From the IMG/VR virus record IMGVR_UViG_2627853916_000003, positions 27,868-91,867 of that record: a stretch of DNA of 64,000 nucleotides; one strand, given 5' to 3'. The translations under genes and the position numbers were made by a program. The DNA is from a virus (lineage: Duplodnaviria; Caudoviricetes). Of this stretch, positions 10,110-20,351 are shown one piece after another. Positions within the stretch are counted from its first letter, which is position 1, and every line of letters begins with the position of its first letter. Below the pieces are notes generated by a model. It did no database searches. It worked only from the letters and a program-made list of their open reading frames with translations, and had not been told where the DNA came from.

Positions 10110-10624
10110 TACAGTACCTTGTTACCTACAGACATAAATTTTTGGAGAATGAGCGGGAATGACTGGATCTGGTTGCCGTTTTCGCGTGAAAACATCACGT
10201 TGCCAATCTTGGTAGGAAAGACTTGATAGCTCTTATAGAGTGACTTTTTGCCGTCCTCGTTGAGCGTAAAAATGTTGACCTTAAACACGTACTCTTTAGG
10301 GATGTTGAGTGTGCCGTCTTGGTTTCTGACTTTCTTGATTCGGTTTTCAAACCACTTGGAGATAGTCAGGTTTTGGTCATCACGAACCGTTAGCGTGATT
10401 TCGCCAACGCTGCTGTATGTAGGCAGCGCAATAGAGCCCGAACCGACTTGGAATGAATCCGCATCGATAGAGCCAGCACCAAAATCAATATCCTTTACGT
10501 AAATATCAAAGTCCGTTGGCGCGTCCGGCGAGTCGATTTCTACCGCCCATTGCCAGCCTTGTAGCCACGGCTTATTCATAAAGTTATTGGTCGCGCGTTT
10601 GGCGAGCTGCATGTATGGATTCAT
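10109..10624 (-). CDS. Tail tube-fold protein (P1 Tub-like)
   Basis: gp19-like pattern (ITLTVRDD...SKWF...FPTKIG); synteny. Confidence 0.7.
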   Translation of the reverse strand: MNPYMQLAKRATNNFMNKPWLQGWQWAVEIDSPDAPTDFDIYVKDIDFGAGSIDADSFQVGSGSIALPTYSSVGEITLTVRDDQNLTISKWFENRIKKVRNQDGTLNIPKEYVFKVNIFTLNEDGKKSLYKSYQVFPTKIGNVMFSRENGNQIQSFPLILQKFMSVGNKVL

Positions 10625-10635
10625 GGCCGCCTCGC

Positions 10636-11196
10636 TTAGAGCAACGATACTGGTGGAACAATGGCACGGTTCGCGCGCATTGAGTTTTCAATCTCGGCTT
10701 TACGTGCGGCTAAGTCAGGTTCGGCAGCAATATCGGTCACATCCAACTTGCCAGCGATGGCAATACGGCGTTGACGCTCTGCGTTCGGGATAGTGATCAG
10801 CAATTCCAGATAATCGCCAAGCAAGCTAATGCACGGCGTTGGAAGCTGGAACGAATCAAACGGCTCATTGAGTACGTTTTGCATGTACATCAATGTCAGT
10901 GGGAATGTTTCTACGCCCGTTAATTTCAGTTCAAGAACGTTGCCCCAAACCTCGCTACGCACATAACGGCCACGGTCATCTTTGACCACCAGCCTTGCAG
11001 CAAAGTCGGACGGTAATTCAAACTGATTGTTATCGGCTAAGTCGCTTTGGTAGATGCGGGTTTTAGTGGTAAATCCGGCAATCTCTTGGTACTTGGCCAG
11101 CGCTTTACGCAATAGGCTTAACAGCGCCTTTTCGTCGTCGTGTAGCAAGATAGGGAATCTCGCTTTCACGTCTTCGAGTAGTTCAATCGGTGTCAT
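10636..11196 (-). CDS. Head-tail/morphogenesis protein (P1 PmgC-like)
   Basis: Synteny; 186 aa. Confidence 0.55.
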   Translation of the reverse strand: MTPIELLEDVKARFPILLHDDEKALLSLLRKALAKYQEIAGFTTKTRIYQSDLADNNQFELPSDFAARLVVKDDRGRYVRSEVWGNVLELKLTGVETFPLTLMYMQNVLNEPFDSFQLPTPCISLLGDYLELLITIPNAERQRRIAIAGKLDVTDIAAEPDLAARKAEIENSMRANRAIVPPVSLL

Positions 11197-11304
11197 GGCC
11201 GCTCCGGTAGTGGCGGCGCATTTTGAGATAGGGGATAGGCTTGTTGAATCTTAACTCAAAGCGATAGGGCGCGCGATAGGCGATATTGAGTTACCAGATA
11301 AGCA

Positions 11305-11328
11305 AAAACCGCCAGCTAGGGCGGTTTT
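11305..11328. terminator. Bidirectional intrinsic terminator
   Basis: AAAACCGCC-agctag-GGCGGTTTT. Confidence 0.65.
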
Positions 11329-11331
11329 GAA

Positions 11332-11667
11332 TCAAACTAACCCTTTAAAGTCTACGCGGTCTATTGCCCGTTTGGCGTAACCAAAAACGGCATTAGGCGA
11401 TGAAGTGCAATCAAGATATTCAGGGACGTTGATTGCACGGTAACAGGCTACATCAAGAAAGTCGTATTCTTCGATTAGTCCGTACTCAGTTAGACGATTA
11501 AGCAAGTTGATAGTAGAGATAAGGTTAAGCCCTGTTTTCTTGCAAATATCCTCTGCATTGAGCCCGAAATACTTACCGTCCCGCAATCTGCCGTGAACCA
11601 GTTCTTGCAATAGATTCACTGCCAAAACTTTAAACGCTTTTCTTTTAAAGAAGCCAAACATAACCAC
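11332..11667 (-). CDS. Winged-helix protein
   Basis: LNAEDICKKTGLNLISTINLLNRLTEYGLI wHTH pattern. Confidence 0.6.
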   Translation of the reverse strand: MVMFGFFKRKAFKVLAVNLLQELVHGRLRDGKYFGLNAEDICKKTGLNLISTINLLNRLTEYGLIEEYDFLDVACYRAINVPEYLDCTSSPNAVFGYAKRAIDRVDFKGLV

Positions 11668-11800
11668 TCCTTTCTTTGTTAAATCAAAACTTTATACACC
11701 CAATTTTCTACCCAATCCTCGATACAAACTTTGCTGTAGGTCACTGATTAAAATTTGAGAAAGGAGAAAATCTGCATCGTTTGGAGTCGTAGTTAAGGAA

Positions 11801-12112
11801 ATGACCAAAATGAGAAACACAAACCGCGAACCTGTAAGCGTTGGCAGTATATTGAAAACAGAATTTCTCGACCCGTTATCGATCAGCGAAAGCAAGCTCG
11901 CTGGTGCGATTGGCATCGATAAAAGCGCTGTAGATGGCCTAATTAACGGAGAAATTACCATCACGCCGCTCATTGCGGCCAAGCTGGCCATTGCGCTAGG
12001 GACTACGCCCGATTTTTGGCTAAACATCCAACACGCTGTTGATGTTTGGCAAAGCAAGCGCGCAATTGAAACTATTCAGCAAAGCATTACACCGCTTGTA
12101 ACTCCAAGATAG
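11801..12112 (+). CDS. higA: HigA-family antitoxin (no adjacent HigB)
   Basis: PVSVGSILKTEFLDPL...LGTTPDFWLNIQ signature. Confidence 0.85.
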   Translation: MTKMRNTNREPVSVGSILKTEFLDPLSISESKLAGAIGIDKSAVDGLINGEITITPLIAAKLAIALGTTPDFWLNIQHAVDVWQSKRAIETIQQSITPLVTPR

Positions 12113-12182
12113 ATAAGCGATTGACTCCTGCTATCCGTGTGCAATACTGGTTGCATTAAACATTTTCAAAAAGTTTCACGGC

Positions 12183-13514
12183 ATGAGCAAAAAGATAGCG
12201 GGAGTCAGCATCCCACCAGCAAAACCCACTGATTTCATTAAAGTAGTAGAGCTAATCGACAAGCTAGACCCAATTAAATACGGGTTTGATAGTAGCGGTA
12301 ACTACTTGCATTGGAATGACTTCCAGTACCGTTCAAAAGAGTTTAAAGGCGACCAAAAGGGCTACGCTTGGCATGCCCTAAAAATTAGACGTGGCCTTAA
12401 CGACATTTCGCTTGTCGATGAAAAGGGCAATCCGTTCCAACTTAGTGCCGCCAGTCTCGACGCAAAGCTATACCAGATAGATAAACAGCTTAAACTAGAA
12501 GATTTACCGCTATCTGCGCATGAAAAAAAGATCCACCTAGTGAAAAGCGTGATCATGGAAGAAGCCATTAGCAGCGCCCAATTGGAGGGAGCAGCTACAA
12601 CACGCAAAGTAGCCAAGGAAATGCTTGAAACGGAGCGTGAGCCTAAAGATGACTCCGAACGGATGATTATCAATAACTGGCGTTTGATCATGATGGCCGA
12701 TGAACTTAAGGATGTAGAGCTCACACCGGAATTGATTAGCGGATTTAATGAAATAGCCACCAATGGCGTGTTAGAGAATGAGCACGTTGCTGGCCAATAC
12801 AGAACGGATGCGGTCATGGTTAGAGACGTGGCCACTGGCGATATTGTTCACGAAGCGCCAGAACATGAGCACGTTTTGAAGCTCATCGAGCAACTATGTG
12901 ACTTCGCCAACACCGACCATACCACCAGCACCAATTTTATTAACCCAATCGTTAAGGCTTGTATTCTGCACTTCATGATTGGCTACGTTCACCCATTCAT
13001 GGACGGGAACGGGAGAACGGCTAGGGCGCTTTTCTACTGGTTCATCCTTAAGCATGGTTATGAGAACTTTAAGTACGTCTCGATCTCTGCACATCTTAAG
13101 AGCGCGCCAACCAAGTACGTTAGAAGCTACGTTTACACCGAAACGGACGACAACGACTTAACGCACTTTGTGGACTATCAGTTAACGGTGATCATCAATG
13201 CGATTGAGCGCTTTAACGAGTACATCAAATCTAAGATTGAAGATACGAGAGAGGTGCGCGAGCTACTTGATGACTCCAAGCTTAAGGGCGTTTTGAAGCC
13301 GCCGCATATTATGATTCTGACCAAGGGCATAGAAACAGCCGGACGTGTCTTTTCAGTTAAGGAAATTCAGTCTGACTTTGACGTGTCTCATACCTCTGCG
13401 CGCAAGTATCTTGAGAAGCTGGTGGAGCTGAAATTGCTGTTCAAATCAAAGGATGGCAACGAGAACACCTACATTGCACCAGCCGACTTGAAAGAGAGAC
13501 TGACCAAAGCTTAA
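12183..13514 (+). CDS. Fic-domain protein with C-terminal wHTH
   Basis: HPFMDGNGRTAR motif; SAQLEG inhibitory motif N-terminal to the Fic core. Confidence 0.92.
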   Translation: MSKKIAGVSIPPAKPTDFIKVVELIDKLDPIKYGFDSSGNYLHWNDFQYRSKEFKGDQKGYAWHALKIRRGLNDISLVDEKGNPFQLSAASLDAKLYQIDKQLKLEDLPLSAHEKKIHLVKSVIMEEAISSAQLEGAATTRKVAKEMLETEREPKDDSERMIINNWRLIMMADELKDVELTPELISGFNEIATNGVLENEHVAGQYRTDAVMVRDVATGDIVHEAPEHEHVLKLIEQLCDFANTDHTTSTNFINPIVKACILHFMIGYVHPFMDGNGRTARALFYWFILKHGYENFKYVSISAHLKSAPTKYVRSYVYTETDDNDLTHFVDYQLTVIINAIERFNEYIKSKIEDTREVRELLDDSKLKGVLKPPHIMILTKGIETAGRVFSVKEIQSDFDVSHTSARKYLEKLVELKLLFKSKDGNENTYIAPADLKERLTKA

Positions 13515-13521
13515 GAGCATC

Positions 13522-13550
13522 AAAAAAGCCGCCTAATTGGCGGCCTTTTT
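13522..13550. terminator. Intrinsic terminator
   Basis: AAAAAAGCCGCC-taatt-GGCGGCCTTTTT between convergent genes. Confidence 0.7.
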
Positions 13551-13579
13551 GTGGGGAATAGAATAGGTTGGTTTGGCGA

Positions 13580-14077
13580 TTAGAAGTCTACCCAGTTGTA
13601 TTGCAGCGTGATAGCTGGCTTAACCAGTGCCGCAGTATCTTCTGTTGATAGGTCGATCACGTCTGAACGCACCTTTACGTGCTCTAAGCGGAATCGATGT
13701 GACTTAGCACCCTTACCTTTAGTCGATTCAGGCGTAGACTCGATAACCACTGTGACCATTTTCTTGTCACGAACGATTTCACGCAGCATATCTAGCACTG
13801 TACCAGTGATAGTTTCTACGCACGTTACCGCGATTTCGCCTTTGTTCTCAAGCGCACCATTTTGGATGTAGCCCAAGCCCATTTGGCCAAAATCTTCTAC
13901 GTCTGCACGACCCATTGCTGGAAACTGAGTAGAACGAACCAAAACGCTGATATTTGGGTATTCTTCGATTTTCATTTCGAACTCTGTACCCATCATCTTT
14001 TCGCCAGCTTGGACGTTCTTTGTGAATTTCTGTTTCAAGAAATTCATATCGCCTTTTGCGTTAAATGCTCCGGCCAT
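13580..14077 (-). CDS. Tail tube/baseplate protein (P1 BplB-like)
   Basis: Synteny; 165 aa; tube-like C-terminus ITLQYNW. Confidence 0.65.
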   Translation of the reverse strand: MAGAFNAKGDMNFLKQKFTKNVQAGEKMMGTEFEMKIEEYPNISVLVRSTQFPAMGRADVEDFGQMGLGYIQNGALENKGEIAVTCVETITGTVLDMLREIVRDKKMVTVVIESTPESTKGKGAKSHRFRLEHVKVRSDVIDLSTEDTAALVKPAITLQYNWVDF

Positions 14078-14090
14078 AATTACACCTATT

Positions 14091-14699
14091 CTATTGGAAG
14101 TGGTTAGGAATCTGTGACTGATTAATCATTTGCTTAGGAGCGGCGGTAATAGTTACCGTGTTGTAAGCGAAGTTCCCGTCTCGCGTCTTAGGTGCGTTAA
14201 TGTCATAACTCACCTCGCTAATTCGCATAGGTAGATTGAGCGCTTTGCCAATCTTGAATCTCGCATCACTTGGAACACGGCCACCAAGGCCATCGGAACT
14301 GACTGGAACAGTATTTTGCAGCTCGGGACTTATCATCTGAGCCAGGTATTTAATGGGATCATTAACCTCGGATTTGGCATTGGTGAACGCGACAAATTTA
14401 AGCGTTACGGTTATCTCTGGCGGTTCGTTCCCTTGCCAAACTTGCTGACTGTTCCATAGTGTTTTACTCGTCTTATCCGACACGGTTTGCGCGATTGAGG
14501 ACGTTTTATCTAGGGCATTGATGTTACCCACGGAATCGCCCTCAAACGGCGCTTCCCATATCGCTCTAAAGGCAAGCTGACACTCATCAGTCATGTAACC
14601 AATGACCGTAACCTCTTGACCGCCTATGACTTGTGTAATGGCGCATTTATTGTGGATAGACACGCCATCATCATTAGGTACGCCGACAATTACAGCCAT
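14091..14699 (-). CDS. Tube initiator/baseplate protein (P1 PmgG-like)
   Basis: Synteny; 202 aa. Confidence 0.55.
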   Translation of the reverse strand: MAVIVGVPNDDGVSIHNKCAITQVIGGQEVTVIGYMTDECQLAFRAIWEAPFEGDSVGNINALDKTSSIAQTVSDKTSKTLWNSQQVWQGNEPPEITVTLKFVAFTNAKSEVNDPIKYLAQMISPELQNTVPVSSDGLGGRVPSDARFKIGKALNLPMRISEVSYDINAPKTRDGNFAYNTVTITAAPKQMINQSQIPNHFQ

Positions 14700-14708
14700 T
14701 GCTTACCC

Positions 14709-15377
14709 TTAATCGTCCATACCGCGAGAATCGCGCATGCGGTTAGACTTTTTGCGAGCTGCTTTAGCTGCTGAGCTGTGAGCTTTCGCGCGCGCTTTCT
14801 TAAGTGCTGCTTTTTGTGCTGCACTCATACGGCGCTTACGGCGATTCGTTTTGATGTAAGTCACCTTACCGTCACGGATCACTTTCTTAAGCGCTTCAAG
14901 CATCATGGATTCACGAACGGCGAACTCTGCGATCGCTTCGTCTGAGTCCACGTTGTCTAGGCCACGCTCTAGGGATTCAAAGATGCGATCTGCCGCTTCT
15001 GGATCTTCCAGTGCTTCTCGCATGTCGCCATCTTTAGGCTGGCCAACTTGAGCAATAAACTCACTAGCCGCTTCCTGTAGCGATTCGTATAGCGCTGCTT
15101 GGCCATCGGTTAGCTCGGTATCGTCATCGCCACCAGCCATGCCAAATAGCATTGCGTCTAGGTTGTCGATTGAGCTGTCACCACCGTTAACCCACTGAAC
15201 ACAAGCCGCTGCTGCGTCTTGGCGAGCCATGATGGTTGATGCACGGTTGATGGACTCAAGAAGTTGGTCTTCTGTTACAGACTCAAAAAATGCAGTTTCA
15301 GTTTGTTCCTGCTCGGCCACTTGTGGCATCACAAATGGGCGAGCAAGAACAGAACCCTCAGAAAACATTGATTTCAT
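14709..15377 (-). CDS. P1 gp21-like virion protein with basic C-terminus
   Basis: Acidic body plus an RMSAAQKAALKKARAKAH tail; synteny. Confidence 0.55.
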   Translation of the reverse strand: MKSMFSEGSVLARPFVMPQVAEQEQTETAFFESVTEDQLLESINRASTIMARQDAAAACVQWVNGGDSSIDNLDAMLFGMAGGDDDTELTDGQAALYESLQEAASEFIAQVGQPKDGDMREALEDPEAADRIFESLERGLDNVDSDEAIAEFAVRESMMLEALKKVIRDGKVTYIKTNRRKRRMSAAQKAALKKARAKAHSSAAKAARKKSNRMRDSRGMDD

Positions 15378-15398
15378 TCTATTCTTGCTCTTTGTTGA

Positions 15399-16973
15399 TT
15401 AACGGATTAGTACAGGTTCACCAAGGATTCGACGTGCAGAGCCAGTTGGACAGAACGACCAAGTGACTTTCCAGTAATCGATTTCCACTTGCTTAACTTC
15501 CAGCGTCCAAGCGTTCTCGCCGTCTTGAGCTGGATTACGAGGTGTCACTAGCGCACCAACGGCTTCATAGCCCTCTAGGATGCTGGCCATACCGTCAGTT
15601 AGACCCTCAAGCGTTGCACCGTCAGGTTGGTGTTTTAGGCGATTACCTAGTGCGTAGAAGTCGCGTGAGATAGCGTCAGCAATAGACACGACTTGCTCAA
15701 AACGTAGGTAGTTTTCAGCCGCAGATGACGTTAGGGAGTCATCAACGAACAGGTTGCCGTTTTCGTCTGTGCCTAGTTTGTTTAGACGTGCCTTGTACAT
15801 TTCTTGGTAGTTAGGCTCGCCAGCACCTTGGATTGGTTTTAGGCCAGTACGTTGGATAACAGCACGTTCAACACCCGCTGGTGTGTAGTGCCAACCGCCG
15901 ACCGGAGAGGTCTTAGCAACGCCAAGCGCTTTAGCTGCAAAGCCGATGCCGGAGCCGCCCCATACCGCCATGTTGCCGTAGAAACGACACTTCGCTTGGT
16001 AAGGGATATGCACGAATGAAGCGCGATGGTTGTTGAAGTTCAGACCTTTTTTGAACTCCAATGCCGCTTCGTGCGTTAGGCGAGGATCAACATCGAAGTA
16101 GCCAGAAATGCGTTTGTCTTTACAGATTTGCGCAAGATCAGTGATCACCGCTGTTTCGTAGCAGCCCAAACCACAAACGTAGTTAAAGCTGTAAACGGTA
16201 GTGCGTAGTGCTTTCACTGCTTTCTGGTAGTCGTCAGCCGTAATTTCGCTAATATTGCCGTTGGTCGCGCCAGTGAATTTGGTTTTAGCAATTGCAGTAA
16301 CTTCGCGTTTCGCTACTTCTGCATCGATGCGACAAGTTAGGTACTGCGAACGTTCTTCAAGAACAGTCTCGATAAACGCCGCGCTACCCATTTGGTCTAC
16401 TGCTGTAGGCTCTAGGGATACAATCCATTCTTCTAGCACTACAGAGCCACCAGCCGCTTGTTCTTCCTCTAGGGTAAGAGTGAACATACCAGCGCCGTAA
16501 GTCGCTTCGTCTGCTTTCGCAAGCGTGATAGAACGGTTGTCTGATTGAGCACCGTCTTTGATAGCGAACGCTAAAAATTCGCTTTCTTCTAGCGATAGGT
16601 CAGCCGAGTAGTTGATCGCTTCGTTAGTGATAACTACATCGTCTGCTGGTTTAGTTAGCTTGATAGCTGGGTAAGTTGCCGTTTTTGGTACGACACGAAC
16701 CACAAGGCCATTACCGCCGCGCAATGCTTCGTCAAGAACGCGCATGCCGTCAGCTAATTTGCCAAGGCTTGAGTGGTAAGGCTTACCTAGTTTGTCTAGG
16801 AAGTTAGCCGCCGTTACCGGAATAACTTCGAACGGCTTACCTTTTTGAGACACAATCACACCGCCAAACACTAGCTGGTTTGAGCCAGTGCCTTGCTTAG
16901 TTGTCGAGTCAGCGTTAATTGGCGCAACCGCAACTTGTGAGACGTTATCCATTGAAAATTCAATCTTACTCAT
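15399..16973 (-). CDS. Contractile tail sheath (P1 gp22-like)
   Basis: 524 aa; WHYTPAGVERA sheath-like motif; next to the capsid gene. Confidence 0.8.
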   Translation of the reverse strand: MSKIEFSMDNVSQVAVAPINADSTTKQGTGSNQLVFGGVIVSQKGKPFEVIPVTAANFLDKLGKPYHSSLGKLADGMRVLDEALRGGNGLVVRVVPKTATYPAIKLTKPADDVVITNEAINYSADLSLEESEFLAFAIKDGAQSDNRSITLAKADEATYGAGMFTLTLEEEQAAGGSVVLEEWIVSLEPTAVDQMGSAAFIETVLEERSQYLTCRIDAEVAKREVTAIAKTKFTGATNGNISEITADDYQKAVKALRTTVYSFNYVCGLGCYETAVITDLAQICKDKRISGYFDVDPRLTHEAALEFKKGLNFNNHRASFVHIPYQAKCRFYGNMAVWGGSGIGFAAKALGVAKTSPVGGWHYTPAGVERAVIQRTGLKPIQGAGEPNYQEMYKARLNKLGTDENGNLFVDDSLTSSAAENYLRFEQVVSIADAISRDFYALGNRLKHQPDGATLEGLTDGMASILEGYEAVGALVTPRNPAQDGENAWTLEVKQVEIDYWKVTWSFCPTGSARRILGEPVLIR

Positions 16974-17409
16974 GTTCAGTCTCTTTCAGCGTTAGATCCT
17001 GTGCTGCAAGCTGGCCGACAATTTCTTGCAAACCCGCTTGAGCAATACCTTTCACCGAAATCACGTTTTCTTGCGTCATCTCGGTTAGTTGCTCAACCGT
17101 TGTTACACCGTGGTTAGTCAGTGCTTTTTCAACGCTCGCGCTTAGCTCAAGTGCTGATAGCGCTGTGCCTTTGTCGCTGGTGGCTGTGTCTGGTTGTTTT
17201 TGAACTTCTGGTAAAACCGTTGGCTCAAGGCGAACCGAAACAAGGCCGTTTGGATAGGCCGCTTCCACTTCGTGTTTGAAGCGGTTCACGTTGAAAACTG
17301 AGAGAGGAAAATCTTTAGCCAGTGGTGGCATGACGCGACCCTGTACCGTGATTTCCTTTGGTGTGTGGTTGGTGATTAAAACGATCGTTTCTTTCATCGA
17401 ATCCCCCAA
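16966..17409 (-). CDS. Protein with C-terminal RNA polymerase alpha-CTD-like (HhH) domain
   Basis: LSALELSASVEKALTNHGVTTVEQL...VKGIAQAGLQEI matches the alpha-CTD pattern. Confidence 0.65.
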   Translation of the reverse strand: MGDSMKETIVLITNHTPKEITVQGRVMPPLAKDFPLSVFNVNRFKHEVEAAYPNGLVSVRLEPTVLPEVQKQPDTATSDKGTALSALELSASVEKALTNHGVTTVEQLTEMTQENVISVKGIAQAGLQEIVGQLAAQDLTLKETEHE

Positions 17410-17443
17410 GAGCGGCAGCCCGTAAGACTGCCGCTTACTTGCC

Positions 17444-19090
17444 TTATGCCGCTTCTGCTACAGGAGCTTCGTCGATAAGTTTCACACGGTAGAAGTAGTT
17501 CTCACCGTCGAATGGATGGATCTCGCCGTAGGCCAATTCGTATAGCGTGTTAGACGCTACTAGACCTTTGCCGATTGGATGTGTGTACATGGTTGCTGCG
17601 ATCGCATCACCCGCTACGTAACCGGCTTCTGAGTGAGAAGAACCGCGACCGTAACAAAGCATGTCGTTCGTACCGATAACGACTGGACACTCGAACACTT
17701 TCCACATACCGAACAATTTACCCGCGTAGTGGATAGCGTTTTTCTGTTGGTAGTTAGCCGGAGCAACGAAATATGGAGCACCTAGTGACTTAAGGATTGT
17801 TGACGCGCCAGTACCAGCAAAGATACCTGTCATGCCAGTTGTGCGAGTCGCTTGTAGGATCTTCGTAGAAACGTTTAGAAGAACTTCGTTTAGACGTTCA
17901 CGATGTAGACGCCAATCTTCACCAGCCGCTACATAGATATTGAATGTTTCTTCGCGTGTACATGCGAAGTCCATATCTACTAGGTGGCGAGTAGACTTCT
18001 CAGATGCCAATGTGTTGCGCATGTGGCTCATTTGAAGCGATTTCAGATCTTGGCCAAACTCACGTTGCATTGCGAACATCGCTTGGATTGTTGCGTCTGC
18101 TGCGATTGCGTTTTGACGTGGGCGAAGAATGCGAGAATCCATATCGTGATCGATAGTTGGGATCAGGTCTGGACGTTTCTCGATGTCTACTTCGAACTCG
18201 ATGTGTAGAACAGTTTCGGCTGGAAGTGCTGATGTTGGGTTAACAGTCACTTTGCCTTTCGCATGGTCAATCTGACAGTTGATAACTACACCGTTGTGAG
18301 TACCAGTCATGATTGCGCCGCCGTTGCTGTCTAGGTCGCGCGCCACACGTTTGTGGTTTACGAATAGAGAAACGGAAGTCTTAGTGAATGGGATTTCAAA
18401 CTTGGTGTGTTTTAGGTCAGTCTTAGAGTCAAAGACGTGAGTTGTCTTAGAACCGTCAGGCTGTTGTTCGTCTGCGAACTTGTAACGTTGACGCATTGAT
18501 GAGTATTGGCCAACCGTTGCTTGGTCGATCTCAGTACCCGCTGCGAAGTCACCGAAGTTTGAACCAGTGCGGCGGTACACTTTGAAGATCTCAACTTCGT
18601 TAGCACCCGCAGGGATCATCGTTACAGCGTCAAGTGTTGCTGTTTCAAGAAGAACAGGAAGCACTAGGCCAACCATCTTCGCACGGATTTCAACACCCTC
18701 AGATGTTGATAGAGATTGACCGATAGACTCAAGCATCATTGCGCCTGTTGAGCCGTCACGTTTAGCACCCTCTAGTGTCATCATGTTACGCATAGTTGCG
18801 TGAGCAGATGCCATTAGTTCGTCGCTAGGTAGGTGGCCGTAAGTCTTCTCGTACTCACGTACCGCAGATTGCATACCAGATACGATACCAACCGCTGTTT
18901 CTTGAGACACAGACTCGAACATAGGCTCATTCGCAATAGCTGACAAAATAGCCGCGCCACGAGAATTGTCGTCAGTTAGAAACATGCCTGTTTGCGCATC
19001 GAATTGGGATTCGATACACAGATTACGCATTGCTTGAGCGCCTAAATGGATCGCCTCAATGCGTTTGTTGAAGTTAGAACGCTTATCCAT
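17444..19090 (-). CDS. Major capsid protein (P1 gp23-like)
   Basis: 548 aa; high-expression codon usage; synteny. Confidence 0.8.
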   Translation of the reverse strand: MDKRSNFNKRIEAIHLGAQAMRNLCIESQFDAQTGMFLTDDNSRGAAILSAIANEPMFESVSQETAVGIVSGMQSAVREYEKTYGHLPSDELMASAHATMRNMMTLEGAKRDGSTGAMMLESIGQSLSTSEGVEIRAKMVGLVLPVLLETATLDAVTMIPAGANEVEIFKVYRRTGSNFGDFAAGTEIDQATVGQYSSMRQRYKFADEQQPDGSKTTHVFDSKTDLKHTKFEIPFTKTSVSLFVNHKRVARDLDSNGGAIMTGTHNGVVINCQIDHAKGKVTVNPTSALPAETVLHIEFEVDIEKRPDLIPTIDHDMDSRILRPRQNAIAADATIQAMFAMQREFGQDLKSLQMSHMRNTLASEKSTRHLVDMDFACTREETFNIYVAAGEDWRLHRERLNEVLLNVSTKILQATRTTGMTGIFAGTGASTILKSLGAPYFVAPANYQQKNAIHYAGKLFGMWKVFECPVVIGTNDMLCYGRGSSHSEAGYVAGDAIAATMYTHPIGKGLVASNTLYELAYGEIHPFDGENYFYRVKLIDEAPVAEAA

Positions 19091-19118
19091 GTAAATAAAC
19101 CTTAGTTATTTATTGAGT

Positions 19119-19129
19119 GTGTTCGGAAT
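19119..19129 (+). promoter_or_regulatory. Putative C1-type operator GTGTTCGGAAT
   Basis: Recurrent intergenic motif, here upstream of the capsid gene. Confidence 0.6.
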
Positions 19130-19373
19130 CATTAAGCCGCAGAAAAAGCGGTAAAAATTCGCTCAATTTCGGATAGTAATTAAGATTTATTGCGAAAAAA
19201 ACAGGGCAAAAATGGCGTTTAACTTATTGTTATCTAATGGTTTTGTGTCTTTTTGTGTGTCTTTGTGGGAATGGTAACGAAAGGGTATTTCTATATCTTT
19301 GATTGTGTGTTTTTGGAGAGGTAAAAGGGGATAGGAAAGGACAGCTAAAAAAATTTTAAAAAATTTTTAGCCG

Positions 19374-19721
19374 TTATAGCGTTCCAGCCAAAAAGCCGAA
19401 CACATTGCTTAGCAGCTCTTGTGTGTCAGTTTCCAAGCTAGGAAGCTGTACACCGTAGAAAACCGCTAAAAAGTCACGAACGATGAGCTGATAAACGACC
19501 ACCAGCGCAATGCTCCACATCATTGCTGAGCGTCCAGTGCGTACCAGCGTGTTAGAGCTGGCTGCCTCAAGTTCTGCCAGTTTGTAGGCAAACTCTTTGC
19601 GTTCTTCGTCGCTGGTAAACACGCGATCTCCAAACTCGGCCAGTTCGTGAATAATGCCGCCCACTTTATCGCTGGTGGCACTCTTAAATAGACCTTTAGT
19701 AAACACTTTTGCTAGTCCCAT
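19374..19721 (-). CDS. Holin-like membrane protein
   Basis: FTSDEER motif and hydrophobic helices; adjacent to the amidase. Confidence 0.7.
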   Translation of the reverse strand: MGLAKVFTKGLFKSATSDKVGGIIHELAEFGDRVFTSDEERKEFAYKLAELEAASSNTLVRTGRSAMMWSIALVVVYQLIVRDFLAVFYGVQLPSLETDTQELLSNVFGFLAGTL

Positions 19722-19723
19722 AT

Positions 19724-20272
19724 TTAGCCCTCTTTGATGTGTTCTGCGAACGCTTCTGCCAGTACCACGGCGAGCTGTTCACGTAGTTCTAAGCCCTTTT
19801 GCAACGATTCATCGTTAGACAAAAAGAACGGCTCTAAAATCACGGCTGGCATCTTGGTTTTCATCAAGAAACGCCAACCGCGAGTATCAGTACCAGTGTT
19901 CGAGATAGGCTTAAGGCCACGGTCACGCTGTCCGATAAGTCCAGCCACCGCTTTTTGTAGGCACTGCGCGAGCGCTTGGCTCTTGGCGGATTTGTGCCAG
20001 TACAATGTCTCTGAGCCTTGAACGTCCTTATTGGCCACGCTGTTACAATGTAACTCGATGGCGTAGTTAGCGCCCGAACCGTTCACGTCATCGATCATGC
20101 GTGAGTAGGTATCTCGGTACATGATCACTGGAAGAATGTCGCGCTTATGCAGTTCGGCAGCCAATAAGCTGGCTAGGGGATGATTGTATGCGTACTCATT
20201 CATTCCGAATGTTTCATTGTGCGCGCCACCATCTTTAAAACTATGGCCAACGATAATACAGACTTTTTTCAT
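19724..20272 (-). CDS. Endolysin, N-acetylmuramoyl-L-alanine amidase (Amidase_3)
   Basis: GH..., E, ELHCNS and [12 protein letters not shown] zinc-amidase motifs. Confidence 0.92.
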   Translation of the reverse strand: MKKVCIIVGHSFKDGGAHNETFGMNEYAYNHPLASLLAAELHKRDILPVIMYRDTYSRMIDDVNGSGANYAIELHCNSVANKDVQGSETLYWHKSAKSQALAQCLQKAVAGLIGQRDRGLKPISNTGTDTRGWRFLMKTKMPAVILEPFFLSNDESLQKGLELREQLAVVLAEAFAEHIKEG

Positions 20273-20316
20273 TTTTCAGATTTCCAAACTAAATATAACT
20301 AATTAATAGTTAAGTG

Positions 20317-20345
20317 TTGACTGTGTTCGGAATAGGAAATATATT
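20317..20345 (+). promoter_or_regulatory. Sigma70 promoter with operator in spacer
   Basis: TTGACT-17 bp (contains GTGTTCGGAAT at 20323-20333)-TATATT. Confidence 0.75.
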
Positions 20346-20351
20346 ATTTGC

